This document shows, one piece after another, positions 18,841 to 27,987 of a stretch of DNA of 64,000 nucleotides. Under the pieces are notes generated by a model. That model saw only the letters and a list, made by a program, of their open reading frames with translations, did no database searches and had not been told where the DNA came from. The translations under genes and the position numbers were made by a program. Source of the DNA: a virus (Duplodnaviria > Caudoviricetes); the IMG/VR virus record IMGVR_UViG_3300025769_000106, positions 190-64,189 of that record; one strand, 5' to 3'. Position 1 is the first letter of the stretch, and every line of letters begins with the position of its first letter.

Positions 18841-21000
18841 TCAAAGTGCCAAATATGGTGAGTTCTCCTCAACCTTAAGGTGGCGAACGAGCAAATCAAC
18901 TTCAACAATGACGGCTCCTTTGTCGTCAGGTACTTGGTGATCAGCCTTCACGATAGTGTAGTCTTCGAGGGTGATGGTTGCCGATTCTCTTGTAGCGTGT
19001 GATCCTCGCTTCTTCAAGCGAAGAACGATGTCGTTGGAATTGGTGTGGTGCTTTCGAGTACGAACCTGTTCCCAAAGTCGATCATCCTCAACAATGGCTG
19101 AGAATCGGAACGTGTACGCTCGCTTTGATTCTGTGATCTCAAATGCCGTTTGAGTGCTTCCAAGTTGAACATTGTCCGTATCCAATGTGTTTCCTTCGTA
19201 TCCTCGGATGTAGTGCCGAGCCTGGTTGCCATTTGCAATTGTGAACTCAAATTGAGTGCCACGGAGAACAGGTGCGCCAAAGACTTCAATCGAGATGTCT
19301 TGGAAGAGATATGGTTTTTCACCGTCAACGGCAATGCCACTTGCTTTTCGATTCGCAGCGGTGTTTGCTGTTGTCTCAAACATACGGTGTGGAGTCATTG
19401 CTCCACCAGTATCGGTGTAGTGTCGAGTTGCCTCATAGGATAGATCCATTTTCAATTCACCCTCGCTGTTTGCATTGACAGTTGCTGATTCAATTTTGCA
19501 ACCGTTATACAGTCGAAGCAACTGATTTGTGCCTGGGCTTTCATCCGTTGATCGGAATGATTGCTCGATCATGAAAGTTGGCAAACGAGTGCCACCAAAC
19601 ATGGTGTGAGACACGCCATTCTTCAATTCCTTGGTGGTTGAATCAATGTGAGGGCTTCCTCGCTTATCGTCATCGAGGCATGAAAGCCTCTCAACTCCAC
19701 ATTCGTTGGCAGTATGTGCGAAGGAGAATGGTTCCTCAACATAGACATAATCGCCATCAACTGCGATGACTCTTCGGATCTCATGTTTAAATACCGTAGG
19801 CAAAGTTGCATCAGCACCAGGTATGTAATGGCTATTTTTGTCGATGATCCCAATGTATTCGCCAGCCGTGAATTTTGCACGTGTGGTTGCTCCGACCTTT
19901 ACTCGAATGTCATCGATTGCGATGTTTGCCGTGATTGCTGGAAGCAGGGCGAGCGTACCATTGGTCCGAGCATTTGCGACCGCACCTGTGTCGATGTCCA
20001 AGCAACCCACAACATTTACTCCTGAAAGAGAAGTGTAGGATCCGTAGGTCAAAACACCTGATGTGCTAACGTGCTTGAATATGCCTCCTAATGCAGAGAC
20101 TTGATCGTGAACCGTCGTATAAGCGGCTCCAAGTGTGATGCTTGTTGTAGTGCCATGAGTTGATGAAGTCAAACCGATCAACAAATTCTTGCCAGCCTTA
20201 TCAACATTCAAACCAGTCATGGTTGTACCAGTAATTATTGCCGTAATGGTGTCAACTCCTGCTGCTCCAACCACTTGAGCGGTACAACCTAAGAGGGTTG
20301 CACTTGCATCTTTGAGATGAAGAGGTCGAGCGGTTAGGATTGTATTTGCGGCTGTGGCGTGAGACAACTCTCCATTGTTTGATCGAGAACTGACGCCCCC
20401 AAGTGCGTATTTCAACCAGCGAAGGGTGTGAGCGTTAAGCGACATACTCCCGCCAGCAAGCATTTCCCTTCCGCTTGTCAAGACGTTGACATCTCGACCC
20501 ATGCCGATGATGTGTTGCTGTCGAACATCAATCTCAGGCTCAGGGAGGCTGAAAGAATCGAGGAGTCCAAAGAATTGATCTGTGCGAACTTGAGTTGCAG
20601 AGTCAAATGTTGGGCAGCGGATGGAATGAATTGTCATCACATCACTTGCTGCCGCAGTTGCTCCACCACTTACCAATGCAGGTTGAACCGTGATTGTACC
20701 TTCCGATTGATCACTTGCAATGATGTAGTAGGTTCGACGGGTGGTTGCAAAATCATCGGAAGCAAAATTCCCACTCGCGCTGATTGTCATGACACAGCCG
20801 ACCAAAGCATTCTCTGGAATTAGGAGGTCTGGACCCGCTGCCACCCATGGTGCATTTACTCCAATTGTGATCAAACTGGTGTTTCCAACTGGGGCGGAGG
20901 CCACCCATCCATCAGACGTTGTATCTCCTGTTGCGATCAATCCAGTCTCTTTACCCCATGACACTTCTGCAATGTCGCCCTTGAATATCGTGTTCACCAT
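18841..21000 (-). CDS. Major tail (tube) protein with large inserted domains, 719 aa
   Basis: N-terminal AEVSWGKET; C-terminal tube-like strands (LRLYNGCKIESATVN, FEFTIANG, YTFRFSAIVED); located between the terminator candidate and the chaperones. No sheath gene recognised. Confidence 0.65.
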   Translation of the reverse strand: MVNTIFKGDIAEVSWGKETGLIATGDTTSDGWVASAPVGNTSLITIGVNAPWVAAGPDLLIPENALVGCVMTISASGNFASDDFATTRRTYYIIASDQSEGTITVQPALVSGGATAAASDVMTIHSIRCPTFDSATQVRTDQFFGLLDSFSLPEPEIDVRQQHIIGMGRDVNVLTSGREMLAGGSMSLNAHTLRWLKYALGGVSSRSNNGELSHATAANTILTARPLHLKDASATLLGCTAQVVGAAGVDTITAIITGTTMTGLNVDKAGKNLLIGLTSSTHGTTTSITLGAAYTTVHDQVSALGGIFKHVSTSGVLTYGSYTSLSGVNVVGCLDIDTGAVANARTNGTLALLPAITANIAIDDIRVKVGATTRAKFTAGEYIGIIDKNSHYIPGADATLPTVFKHEIRRVIAVDGDYVYVEEPFSFAHTANECGVERLSCLDDDKRGSPHIDSTTKELKNGVSHTMFGGTRLPTFMIEQSFRSTDESPGTNQLLRLYNGCKIESATVNANSEGELKMDLSYEATRHYTDTGGAMTPHRMFETTANTAANRKASGIAVDGEKPYLFQDISIEVFGAPVLRGTQFEFTIANGNQARHYIRGYEGNTLDTDNVQLGSTQTAFEITESKRAYTFRFSAIVEDDRLWEQVRTRKHHTNSNDIVLRLKKRGSHATRESATITLEDYTIVKADHQVPDDKGAVIVEVDLLVRHLKVEENSPYLAL

Positions 21001-21014
21001 TTTATCGCCTCATT

Positions 21015-21455
21015 TCATGTGATTGTTTCCAGAACTTCGCTGAATGTGATAACCTCTGCTTGAAGTGTGTATCGGAATAACCCCTTGCTACGATCCGACA
21101 AATCGGTTCGGGTCTTGAAGATAACCCTATCAAAGTCGTTTCCATTGCCTTTTCGGAACTTATGAATGATCCGCCGAACCTCATCTCGAAGTGCGCCCAA
21201 TCTCTTTCTTCCCTTTGATGTACGAACATCGATGGTTAAATTGACGTGGATATTGACAAAATCAAACAACAATTCTGGTTGCGCTTCATTGTGAGCGGTT
21301 TCAAAAATACGAATGACGTCTTGATCTTGAAGACGAGTGCGCTTTCCTTCGCCTCGATCAAGGACGGCAATGTCTTCAATTGAGGGCTTTGGAGATAGGT
21401 TCCATTGAGCATTCAGCAGATCACGGATCGACTCAATTGCATCCTTTGCCATCAC
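21015..21455 (-). CDS. Putative tail terminator/completion protein
   Basis: 146 aa, directly upstream of the tail tube gene; ends LFRYTLQAEV as in terminator-type proteins. Confidence 0.5.
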   Translation of the reverse strand: MMAKDAIESIRDLLNAQWNLSPKPSIEDIAVLDRGEGKRTRLQDQDVIRIFETAHNEAQPELLFDFVNIHVNLTIDVRTSKGRKRLGALRDEVRRIIHKFRKGNGNDFDRVIFKTRTDLSDRSKGLFRYTLQAEVITFSEVLETIT

Positions 21456-21715
21456 ATGACCTCCTGCAACTTGTTAATTTTCTCACCGATTTTCGTGTGA
21501 TAATAATTTTGCTTCATGCGCTCATTGACAACAGAATCAACCTCTTCATCATTGTAATCAATGTCGTCTGCATCGGACATTTGTTTTTCCTCTTCAACCA
21601 TCCTTTCTTGAATATCTCGAAGGCCACCATTAACGGCTTTATCAGCCAAACTGGAAATCTCCTTGGAAATCTGGATGATTTCTTCGTGGTTTAATATGAG
21701 GGCAAGGAATATCAC
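21452..21715 (-). CDS. Hypothetical protein (neck region), ~87 aa
   Basis: Likely GTG start at 21715 just past the adaptor stop; the ORF-track start (21853) overlaps the adaptor by 137 nt. Confidence 0.5.
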   Translation of the reverse strand: MIFLALILNHEEIIQISKEISSLADKAVNGGLRDIQERMVEEEKQMSDADDIDYNDEEVDSVVNERMKQNYYHTKIGEKINKLQEVM

Positions 21716-21716
21716 A

Positions 21717-23309
21717 TCAGCCACCCATACCTGCAACGATGATGGTTTCTTGATACGGAACAAGCATTCGCTTGACTTCTTCCTCCATCTTTTGGATCTT
21801 AGCATTGAGGTCAACATTTTGAGATCCTTCTGGGAATAGCACGGTGTAGTCATCAGTCAACAGTATGTCAATTGCAACCATTTTGATGCACACTTCTTTG
21901 ATCGTCTTGTCGAGATACCGTTCGCCATAGATGTAAGACACCTTCAAAGAATGGTTTTCGTAAAACGGATATTGGTTGTTGAACATGATTGCTCCATTGT
22001 CTTCCATCGACCACCAATCGTATTGGCGTTCTTCATCATTCATGTCAATGTTCAAACGTTGTTGCTTGATGACAACATCAGTTGCCAAGGCAGCCGTCGC
22101 TCCAACTGTGAGTTGCTCAACGACTGTAAAGGTGTTTCCTGATCTGGAACATCGAACCACATGAGTGGTTGCTCCAATCGTGAAATACACCAACCCTTGG
22201 GTTTTGGTAAAGGCCGATGCATCAGCGATGGTGAATTCCGATCCAGCAACAGAAGCGATTGTTGCTTGAACCGCAGTACCCAAAGAAAAAACAAACACAT
22301 CAGGATTGGTCGTTGCGATTGTATTCGATTCGCCCTCTTCTGTTGATCTCAACGAGGTGATGACAATTTTTCCATCTCCTTCGTCGCTATTTGCAGTTGC
22401 CAAGAATTCATCATTGACATACAATTGAGATCCAAATTCCTGGAGACTTCCGATAGCAATCGCTGTTCGAGAAGTTGCATCATCCTTGTTGATTAGATTT
22501 GAAATGTTTTGAGCGATTGTCTTTGCTCCAAAATCGGATTGCCATTGAGTTGCACCCGTTCCGTTTGTCAACGTGGCACTATGAGGGGTTCCATTGCAAA
22601 GGAAGATTTTTTCCGTACCTGCTGCCCCCAAGTTAGTTGGATCTTTGACCTTCATGCACGTCCTTGCTCCTGCCAATTCTCGATAATAATCGCTCTGCCA
22701 CACGCCAAGGCGAAGGATCCGCTGAATCGCACGATGCCTCAAATAGACCGCACCAACATAATCCGTGTAGTATCGCCTTCGATATGGTTTGAAAGTGGTG
22801 AAATTTTGATACTCATCGGCTACAATTCGAGGACGCCACGCCATACGGCAAACTTGATCGATGTAGTCTTGCTTTTTGCGGATCAAACTTTCAACATGAG
22901 ATCTGGTTAGTCCTCTTTCCTTGCTGTTGGTCAAAGCATGATTGATTTGAAGTTGAGCATTTTTTGCTGTTGTGAAGGATGTAGTGTCGGTCAATTCTGT
23001 TGCTCGAACATGAACATTTCCGCTCCCTCCGCTCACAGCGTCAAGAACGGTGTAGGTTTTGCCGATTGGATCGTCGTCATCGTACACGGTGATGCTCGTA
23101 GTGGAATCCATTTTCCATCTGCGATATTCAGCACCGCTGATTGGGATGTTGATCATATCCGAACCCCATGATGTGTTTGCAGAGAGAGTGATTGGATCGG
23201 GCAGGGGCAATTGCAAGAACTCTGCAACCTCGTCAGCCGTACAATACACCAGAGCAGTAGGATCAAGCGGTGAACTTGGTCGATGTCCAGGATTGAATAC
23301 TTGAGGCAT
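21717..23309 (-). CDS. Head-tail adaptor with large insertion, 530 aa
   Basis: N-terminal YCTADEVAEFL; IDQVCRMAW; C-terminal KVSYIYG...IKEVCIKMVA, typical of SPP1 gp15/HK97 gp6-like adaptors. Confidence 0.65.
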   Translation of the reverse strand: MPQVFNPGHRPSSPLDPTALVYCTADEVAEFLQLPLPDPITLSANTSWGSDMINIPISGAEYRRWKMDSTTSITVYDDDDPIGKTYTVLDAVSGGSGNVHVRATELTDTTSFTTAKNAQLQINHALTNSKERGLTRSHVESLIRKKQDYIDQVCRMAWRPRIVADEYQNFTTFKPYRRRYYTDYVGAVYLRHRAIQRILRLGVWQSDYYRELAGARTCMKVKDPTNLGAAGTEKIFLCNGTPHSATLTNGTGATQWQSDFGAKTIAQNISNLINKDDATSRTAIAIGSLQEFGSQLYVNDEFLATANSDEGDGKIVITSLRSTEEGESNTIATTNPDVFVFSLGTAVQATIASVAGSEFTIADASAFTKTQGLVYFTIGATTHVVRCSRSGNTFTVVEQLTVGATAALATDVVIKQQRLNIDMNDEERQYDWWSMEDNGAIMFNNQYPFYENHSLKVSYIYGERYLDKTIKEVCIKMVAIDILLTDDYTVLFPEGSQNVDLNAKIQKMEEEVKRMLVPYQETIIVAGMGG

Positions 23310-23327
23310 TATATTCCGCTCCGCACT

Positions 23328-23642
23328 TCAACTGTGGTGGCTCCCCATATTGAAATGCATCGGGTCGCCACATACTGCACATCGAGGCGTCCAACAAAAA
23401 TGCAACAGTCCACAGGAGGTGCAACGAGTGCCAGATCCTATGTTTTGGATGTTCCTTCGCTCTTTGTTATCCACCTTCACAAACTTCTTTTGTGCGGTTG
23501 CCATGTTTTCACGGCTAAAAGGAGATTCGTCTTCGGCAACAGATCCTGCGTTGGTCATGATCTCCAACATTCGGGATTGCCTTCGCTTGTTGATCTCAAT
23601 TGATGTATCGAGGTCAATGTGGCCTGTCTTCATGCGAGCCAA
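23328..23642 (-). CDS. Zinc-ribbon protein
   Basis: RCTSCG...PRCAVCG (two CxxC pairs). Confidence 0.6.
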   Translation of the reverse strand: MARMKTGHIDLDTSIEINKRRQSRMLEIMTNAGSVAEDESPFSRENMATAQKKFVKVDNKERRNIQNIGSGTRCTSCGLLHFCWTPRCAVCGDPMHFNMGSHHS

Positions 23643-23656
23643 GGGGTTTCACCCCC

Positions 23657-23968
23657 TCATGCACGTCGTCCAGATACCGTAATGCGAACTGTGTGAGTGG
23701 AAAGGTTTGCACCGCTTACGGCATCCAACGCTGCGCCATCTGCGCCAGCCTCGAAACAGTCCAACTTTTTGTTCGTGTGATCGTATTGCCAAACGTAGCC
23801 TGTGTTGCCTCCGTCAAGAACAACCGATTCAACGATTGGCACATAGGAAGAAAGGTCAAGGGCTTCTCCGCCAGAAGCGAAAGAAGTATCTGGGGTGATT
23901 TCAAGGTGAACCGTAATGGTGCTACCCGATACAGACTGTCGGCGTGGTTGGTTGATCGTCAATGCCAT
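23657..23968 (-). CDS. Small putative virion structural protein
   Basis: 103 aa, beta-rich; head module; TATAAA 23 nt upstream. Confidence 0.5.
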   Translation of the reverse strand: MALTINQPRRQSVSGSTITVHLEITPDTSFASGGEALDLSSYVPIVESVVLDGGNTGYVWQYDHTNKKLDCFEAGADGAALDAVSGANLSTHTVRITVSGRRA

Positions 23969-24017
23969 GTTAATTCCTCATGTTGCTATGGTTTATATCC
24001 CTTGCCCAATAATTTGG

Positions 24018-24545
24018 TCATTCCATATAGATAATGACTCGAATAACCGAACCAGGATCAAGAATTGTTCCGCTTCCAGGATCGACATCAGTCGTTATGC
24101 GTACTTGACCACAAACCAAGCCATTCCATGCGGCTGGCTCGTTGATCACAGTTCCGCCCGATTCTGCTGCCGAAGTGGTTGATACGGCAAAATGTAGGGA
24201 ATTTTTCGATCCAGCAGTACCTCTGTTTGATCCTGGGGAAACTTCAAGCAAAGCCACTTGACCTGTTGACGATCCCGTGTAATTCAATTTTCCAATTGTA
24301 TCAAAGTAAGGAATCTCAGTCCCTCCACCGTCTTCAATGTCCATCAAAAATTGGAGTTCGCCAGTATTTCCAGATCCAATCGCCAATGATGCTTGAGATG
24401 CATCAACAACGACTTTGGAGACTTTTCCATTAAGAGACACCAATTGCGTAGGATTATCTCCAGTAAGTGTGATCACGTGGCGATTGACACGGCTTCGAGA
24501 AAGGTAATTCTCGCCATCAGTAATGGATTGCCTGTTGTTCGCCAT
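24018..24545 (-). CDS. Putative virion structural protein
   Basis: 175 aa, Gly/Ser/Thr-rich beta protein downstream of the MCP. Confidence 0.45.
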   Translation of the reverse strand: MANNRQSITDGENYLSRSRVNRHVITLTGDNPTQLVSLNGKVSKVVVDASQASLAIGSGNTGELQFLMDIEDGGGTEIPYFDTIGKLNYTGSSTGQVALLEVSPGSNRGTAGSKNSLHFAVSTTSAAESGGTVINEPAAWNGLVCGQVRITTDVDPGSGTILDPGSVIRVIIYME

Positions 24546-24554
24546 TTAGATCCC

Positions 24555-24932
24555 TCATGCCAACTTTTCAAGCAGATCGGCTTTCTTGTCTCGGTTCGAG
24601 GTGTCAATGCCTCGTTCCTTGCACAAAGCCATCAATTTGGCACGGGATAATGTCGAAAGGTCTTCAGGAACAGCAGGTGCTTCCTCAACAGGTTCGACAG
24701 TAGCCTCAACAACTTCCTTCATGGCCTCAGTCTTTTTCTCATCAGCATCGCTAACAACTTCCCAAGAAGTTGATCCGTTTTCGATGCCGCCAAGAATGCG
24801 TTCTTCGATCCATGAGGCTGGAATGTTTGTTTTGGGGTCGCCACGTGCGAAACCGTACTTTCTTCCATTGATCTCGTACTCGATATACGGCTTGCCGCCA
24901 GTATATGTGATGGTGTATCCCAAAGGGAACAC
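24555..24932 (-). CDS. Protein with C-terminal HeH/Rho-N-like helical domain
   Basis: DLSTLSRAKLMALCKERGIDTSNRDKKADLLEKL; such genes are common just after MCP genes. Confidence 0.6.
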   Translation of the reverse strand: MFPLGYTITYTGGKPYIEYEINGRKYGFARGDPKTNIPASWIEERILGGIENGSTSWEVVSDADEKKTEAMKEVVEATVEPVEEAPAVPEDLSTLSRAKLMALCKERGIDTSNRDKKADLLEKLA

Positions 24933-24933
24933 C

Positions 24934-25323
24934 TCAGCGATACAAAATGGTCAATCGAACTGTGTCGCCTGAGACGCCAGATGGTGCGGTGAAGAGAACT
25001 TGCGCTCCTTCTCCACGTACCAAGGTCATGTCTTCGTGTCCACCAGATCGGTTCTCAACGCCAAGGACAGCAAGAACGGCTGCTCCGTGGGCGGTGTCGC
25101 CTTGGAAAGCCAGTCGAGTGCCAGAGGCAGTATCAGCAAGATCAAAGACGGTTGCGGTGTTGCTTGCGACGACCAAATCAATGATCATCATTTGAACTGC
25201 ACCAGCAGCCGTGTTCGTTCCGATTGGGGTTTGTAGCCAGTCGGTGTTGCTTTCTTCGAGTACGCCAGCCCACATTGGGACATCAGCGACAATTGTTCCG
25301 CTTGTTAGGTTCGTGTTTGCCAT
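24934..25323 (-). CDS. Putative capsid decoration/minor head protein
   Basis: 129 aa, beta-rich, immediately downstream of the MCP; GGAGATGA RBS. Confidence 0.5.
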   Translation of the reverse strand: MANTNLTSGTIVADVPMWAGVLEESNTDWLQTPIGTNTAAGAVQMMIIDLVVASNTATVFDLADTASGTRLAFQGDTAHGAAVLAVLGVENRSGGHEDMTLVRGEGAQVLFTAPSGVSGDTVRLTILYR

Positions 25324-25352
25324 GTTTCATCATCTCCATGTTTTTTTTATCC

Positions 25353-26507
25353 TCAGGCACTAAGATCTCGGATCTTGCCGTGTGCGCCATAGAAGAGTTG
25401 CCAGAGTTCACCCATTGTGTGGAATAGGCCGACTTGTCCAAGACGGTTGATACCGAATGGATCGCCAGTCTCGATACCAGATTCGTGGTAAAGAGTTGGT
25501 TTGGCCGTGCAGAAGTAGGTGTAGTCGGTGTCGATGAAGTATAGTCGGGAAAGACCATCATCAACAACGTCCTTGGAAGGAATGATCGGGACTCCGTTGT
25601 AGGTTGCAACAACGAATCCAGCATCCATACCAGGAACACCTTGGACACCGTTGACGGAAGGTGAAACACGCTTCATCTCGGTAAATCGCTGTTGTGGTTG
25701 GAGGAGTTGTTGGATCTTCTCAACGGTATCGTAGCCAGTTAGGATGACCTTTGGCTGACCACCACGTTCCCAAACGCTTCGGAACATTCCATCGAGGATG
25801 TTCAAAGTGAGAGGGCGTTCGTTGGAAGCACCGTTTGCACCAGCATCGACGTTGGCGTCGTACCATTCACGGGCAGTAGCACCAGAGGAGTCTCGGGTGA
25901 GACTGTATTGGTTGTGAACTGCTGCTGAACTGATGTCGTCCATTCCAGACTTCTCAACGAAGGAGGAGGAGATTGCACGGTCAATGGATTCAAAGTTGTT
26001 TCCAGCGACGGTGTTGACATCTCGAAGGAGCATCTTGTTGATCGACTCAGCGTGAGATTTCGACATTTCCATCTTGATCACAGCACGTGCATCGCCAAGT
26101 CCATCGTCCTTGTCTGCAAGGAACATTGCAGTTTCGCTCAGGTCGAACTTGCTTGCAATGGTCTTTGGCTTGGTGCTGACTTCGTGGAAAGTTGGCTTGG
26201 TGGAGTCAGGAAGGGTTCCGTTTTCAGGAAGGCCGCTTGCTTCATCAGGCTTGCCAACCACGACACGCCATCCACTCTTTTCCCAAGGCTTCTTAGGAAG
26301 GATCGAGAAGGCGTTGAATTCTTGGTTGAGTTGCGACCAAACCTTACGCCCAAAGATGGCGTTGTAGGTTCCAGTCGTGGTGGACATCAATGGTGAATCG
26401 GCTTTGAGCAGATCGGTTCCGCTGTATGCCCATGCATTTGATCCTGCGCCAGCACCGTAGTAAAGGCGTTCCATGTCTTCGATTGTTCGGATGTATCCTT
26501 GCGTCAT
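25353..26507 (-). CDS. Major capsid protein (HK97 fold)
   Basis: 384 aa after the prohead protease. GLPENGTLP, KPKTIAS, GNNFESIDR, ATYNGVPIIPS and final HGKIRDL are typical of HK97-fold MCPs of tailed archaeal viruses. AGGAG RBS upstream. Confidence 0.85.
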   Translation of the reverse strand: MTQGYIRTIEDMERLYYGAGAGSNAWAYSGTDLLKADSPLMSTTTGTYNAIFGRKVWSQLNQEFNAFSILPKKPWEKSGWRVVVGKPDEASGLPENGTLPDSTKPTFHEVSTKPKTIASKFDLSETAMFLADKDDGLGDARAVIKMEMSKSHAESINKMLLRDVNTVAGNNFESIDRAISSSFVEKSGMDDISSAAVHNQYSLTRDSSGATAREWYDANVDAGANGASNERPLTLNILDGMFRSVWERGGQPKVILTGYDTVEKIQQLLQPQQRFTEMKRVSPSVNGVQGVPGMDAGFVVATYNGVPIIPSKDVVDDGLSRLYFIDTDYTYFCTAKPTLYHESGIETGDPFGINRLGQVGLFHTMGELWQLFYGAHGKIRDLSA

Positions 26508-26531
26508 TGTTCATCATCTCCTTTTGTGATT

Positions 26532-27929
26532 TCATTCTCCTCGCAATGCTCGCATAGCAAGTGCTTCTGCGGCTCGCCAACCTTCGAGATCAGATCCCAT
26601 CTGGGAAAATTCATCGTGTGTTGGTACTCGGATGGAGGTTGTTGGTTCGGATGGCACAGGGGTTGCGCTCTTTTGGAGATCGACATTCTCGGACTTGAGC
26701 ATTGCGATTTCCTCACGGAGAGCGTTGATTTGTACGCCGACATCGTTGGCTTTGCGAACTTCGAGAGCCTGAGCGGTTTCTGCATCATAGCGTTCTGCCC
26801 ATTCTTTCTCAACGAGTCCCTTTACTGCCTCTTCATCACGGAGGGCAGCGTAGGTTCGGTATCCCTTCTCCAAAGTTTCTGGGGTAAGGGACTTGATCAC
26901 GTTGGTGTTGCCTTGTGGAGCATTCATGTTCATGTGTGGGACACTTGGACCCTTGATGACATATTGGTTGCCGCCAGGACTTGGGAGAGAGGGGTACGAA
27001 GGTTCGGTTGCATCTTCGCCAGATCCAACTTCGTCGCCTTGACCACGGTGAGAGAAGCCACCAGACCCTTGTTCAGGGAGGTATGCCTTTTCCAAACCGA
27101 AGTGATCACGGAGGCCGTCGAGATCAACACCAGATTCGTGAGCGAATTTCTCAAGGGTGTCGATGTAAGCAAGAGCGAGATCTTGCTCGCCCTTCTTCAT
27201 TTTGTCGTCGCCCTTGGATCCGATGGGGTTGCCATCTTCATCGCATTCGACGTTTTTCATGTCGCCCTTCATGTATTTCTCGTCAGTCTTCTTGTCGGAC
27301 TTTCCTTCATTCAATTCTTTCAGGACTTCGGAAAGACCTGCTTTAATTTCGTTTAGCACTTCTGTGTTGCTCATGTTTTCATCTCCATCCATTTTGAGGA
27401 TCGTGTACGCTGCTTCAGGATTGATTCCTTTCTTGCAGAGTGTGATCTCATGGAGTTCAAGGTCGGTAATCTCTCGATGAGTACCGAGTTCGGGTGTGGT
27501 TTTGGAGACACGGAATAGTGCCTGACCGCCAATCGAGAACGCCCGTAGTTCTCCATTGCGGATTTGCTTTTGCACTTCACGTGCTTTTTGGATGTCGTTG
27601 CGGATTTTGCAAACAACGAACAATCCGTGATCATCAACTTCGGATTTCCACAATCGTCCTTCGGTATCCTTGTAGTCGGAGACAACTTCTCCAACTTGAA
27701 TACCAGAGTGTGCCAATTGCACATTGCGGAATGCCTTGTTCCCCATAAATTGGTCAAAGGCTTTCTTAAGAGCAGGTACAGGGATTCGATCTCCCTGCTT
27801 ATCGACCATATCGACTGAGGCATAACCTGCAACGAATAAGTCGCCATTTGATGCAGCGGATTTTAGCAAGAAATCAGAGCCATCCGCAGACCATGTTGCG
27901 GAGGAGACTGAGAGGTTTGCTGCCGTCAT
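26532..27929 (-). CDS. Prohead protease fused to scaffold region
   Basis: VAGYASVDMVDKQGDRI, QLAHS, RAFSIGG and ELHEITLC...NPEA form an HK97-family maturation protease (His/Ser); C-terminal coiled-coil scaffold. Confidence 0.85.
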   Translation of the reverse strand: MTAANLSVSSATWSADGSDFLLKSAASNGDLFVAGYASVDMVDKQGDRIPVPALKKAFDQFMGNKAFRNVQLAHSGIQVGEVVSDYKDTEGRLWKSEVDDHGLFVVCKIRNDIQKAREVQKQIRNGELRAFSIGGQALFRVSKTTPELGTHREITDLELHEITLCKKGINPEAAYTILKMDGDENMSNTEVLNEIKAGLSEVLKELNEGKSDKKTDEKYMKGDMKNVECDEDGNPIGSKGDDKMKKGEQDLALAYIDTLEKFAHESGVDLDGLRDHFGLEKAYLPEQGSGGFSHRGQGDEVGSGEDATEPSYPSLPSPGGNQYVIKGPSVPHMNMNAPQGNTNVIKSLTPETLEKGYRTYAALRDEEAVKGLVEKEWAERYDAETAQALEVRKANDVGVQINALREEIAMLKSENVDLQKSATPVPSEPTTSIRVPTHDEFSQMGSDLEGWRAAEALAMRALRGE

Positions 27930-27952
27930 CAACCTTTCCTAAATCAAGCAAT

Positions 27953-27964
27953 CCTATATGAACG
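27953..27964 (-). promoter_or_regulatory. Promoter motif CGTTCATATAGG upstream of the protease-MCP operon
   Basis: 11/12 identical to CGCTCATATAGG at 48525..48536; both lie 22-24 nt before an ATG. Confidence 0.55.
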
Positions 27965-27972
27965 CTTCTTAC

Positions 27973-27982
27973 AAAAAAAAAA
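27973..27982 (-). terminator. T10 tract after the 1136-aa gene (archaeal-type terminator candidate)
   Basis: Oligo-T on the coding strand directly after the stop codon. Confidence 0.45.
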
Positions 27983-27987
27983 TGAAA

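Noticed and set aside
26499-27356. 285-aa plus-strand ORF and the many other plus-strand ORFs in the track
   Set aside because: They are antisense shadows of well-supported minus-strand genes (protease, MCP, portal and others), with no motifs or RBS.
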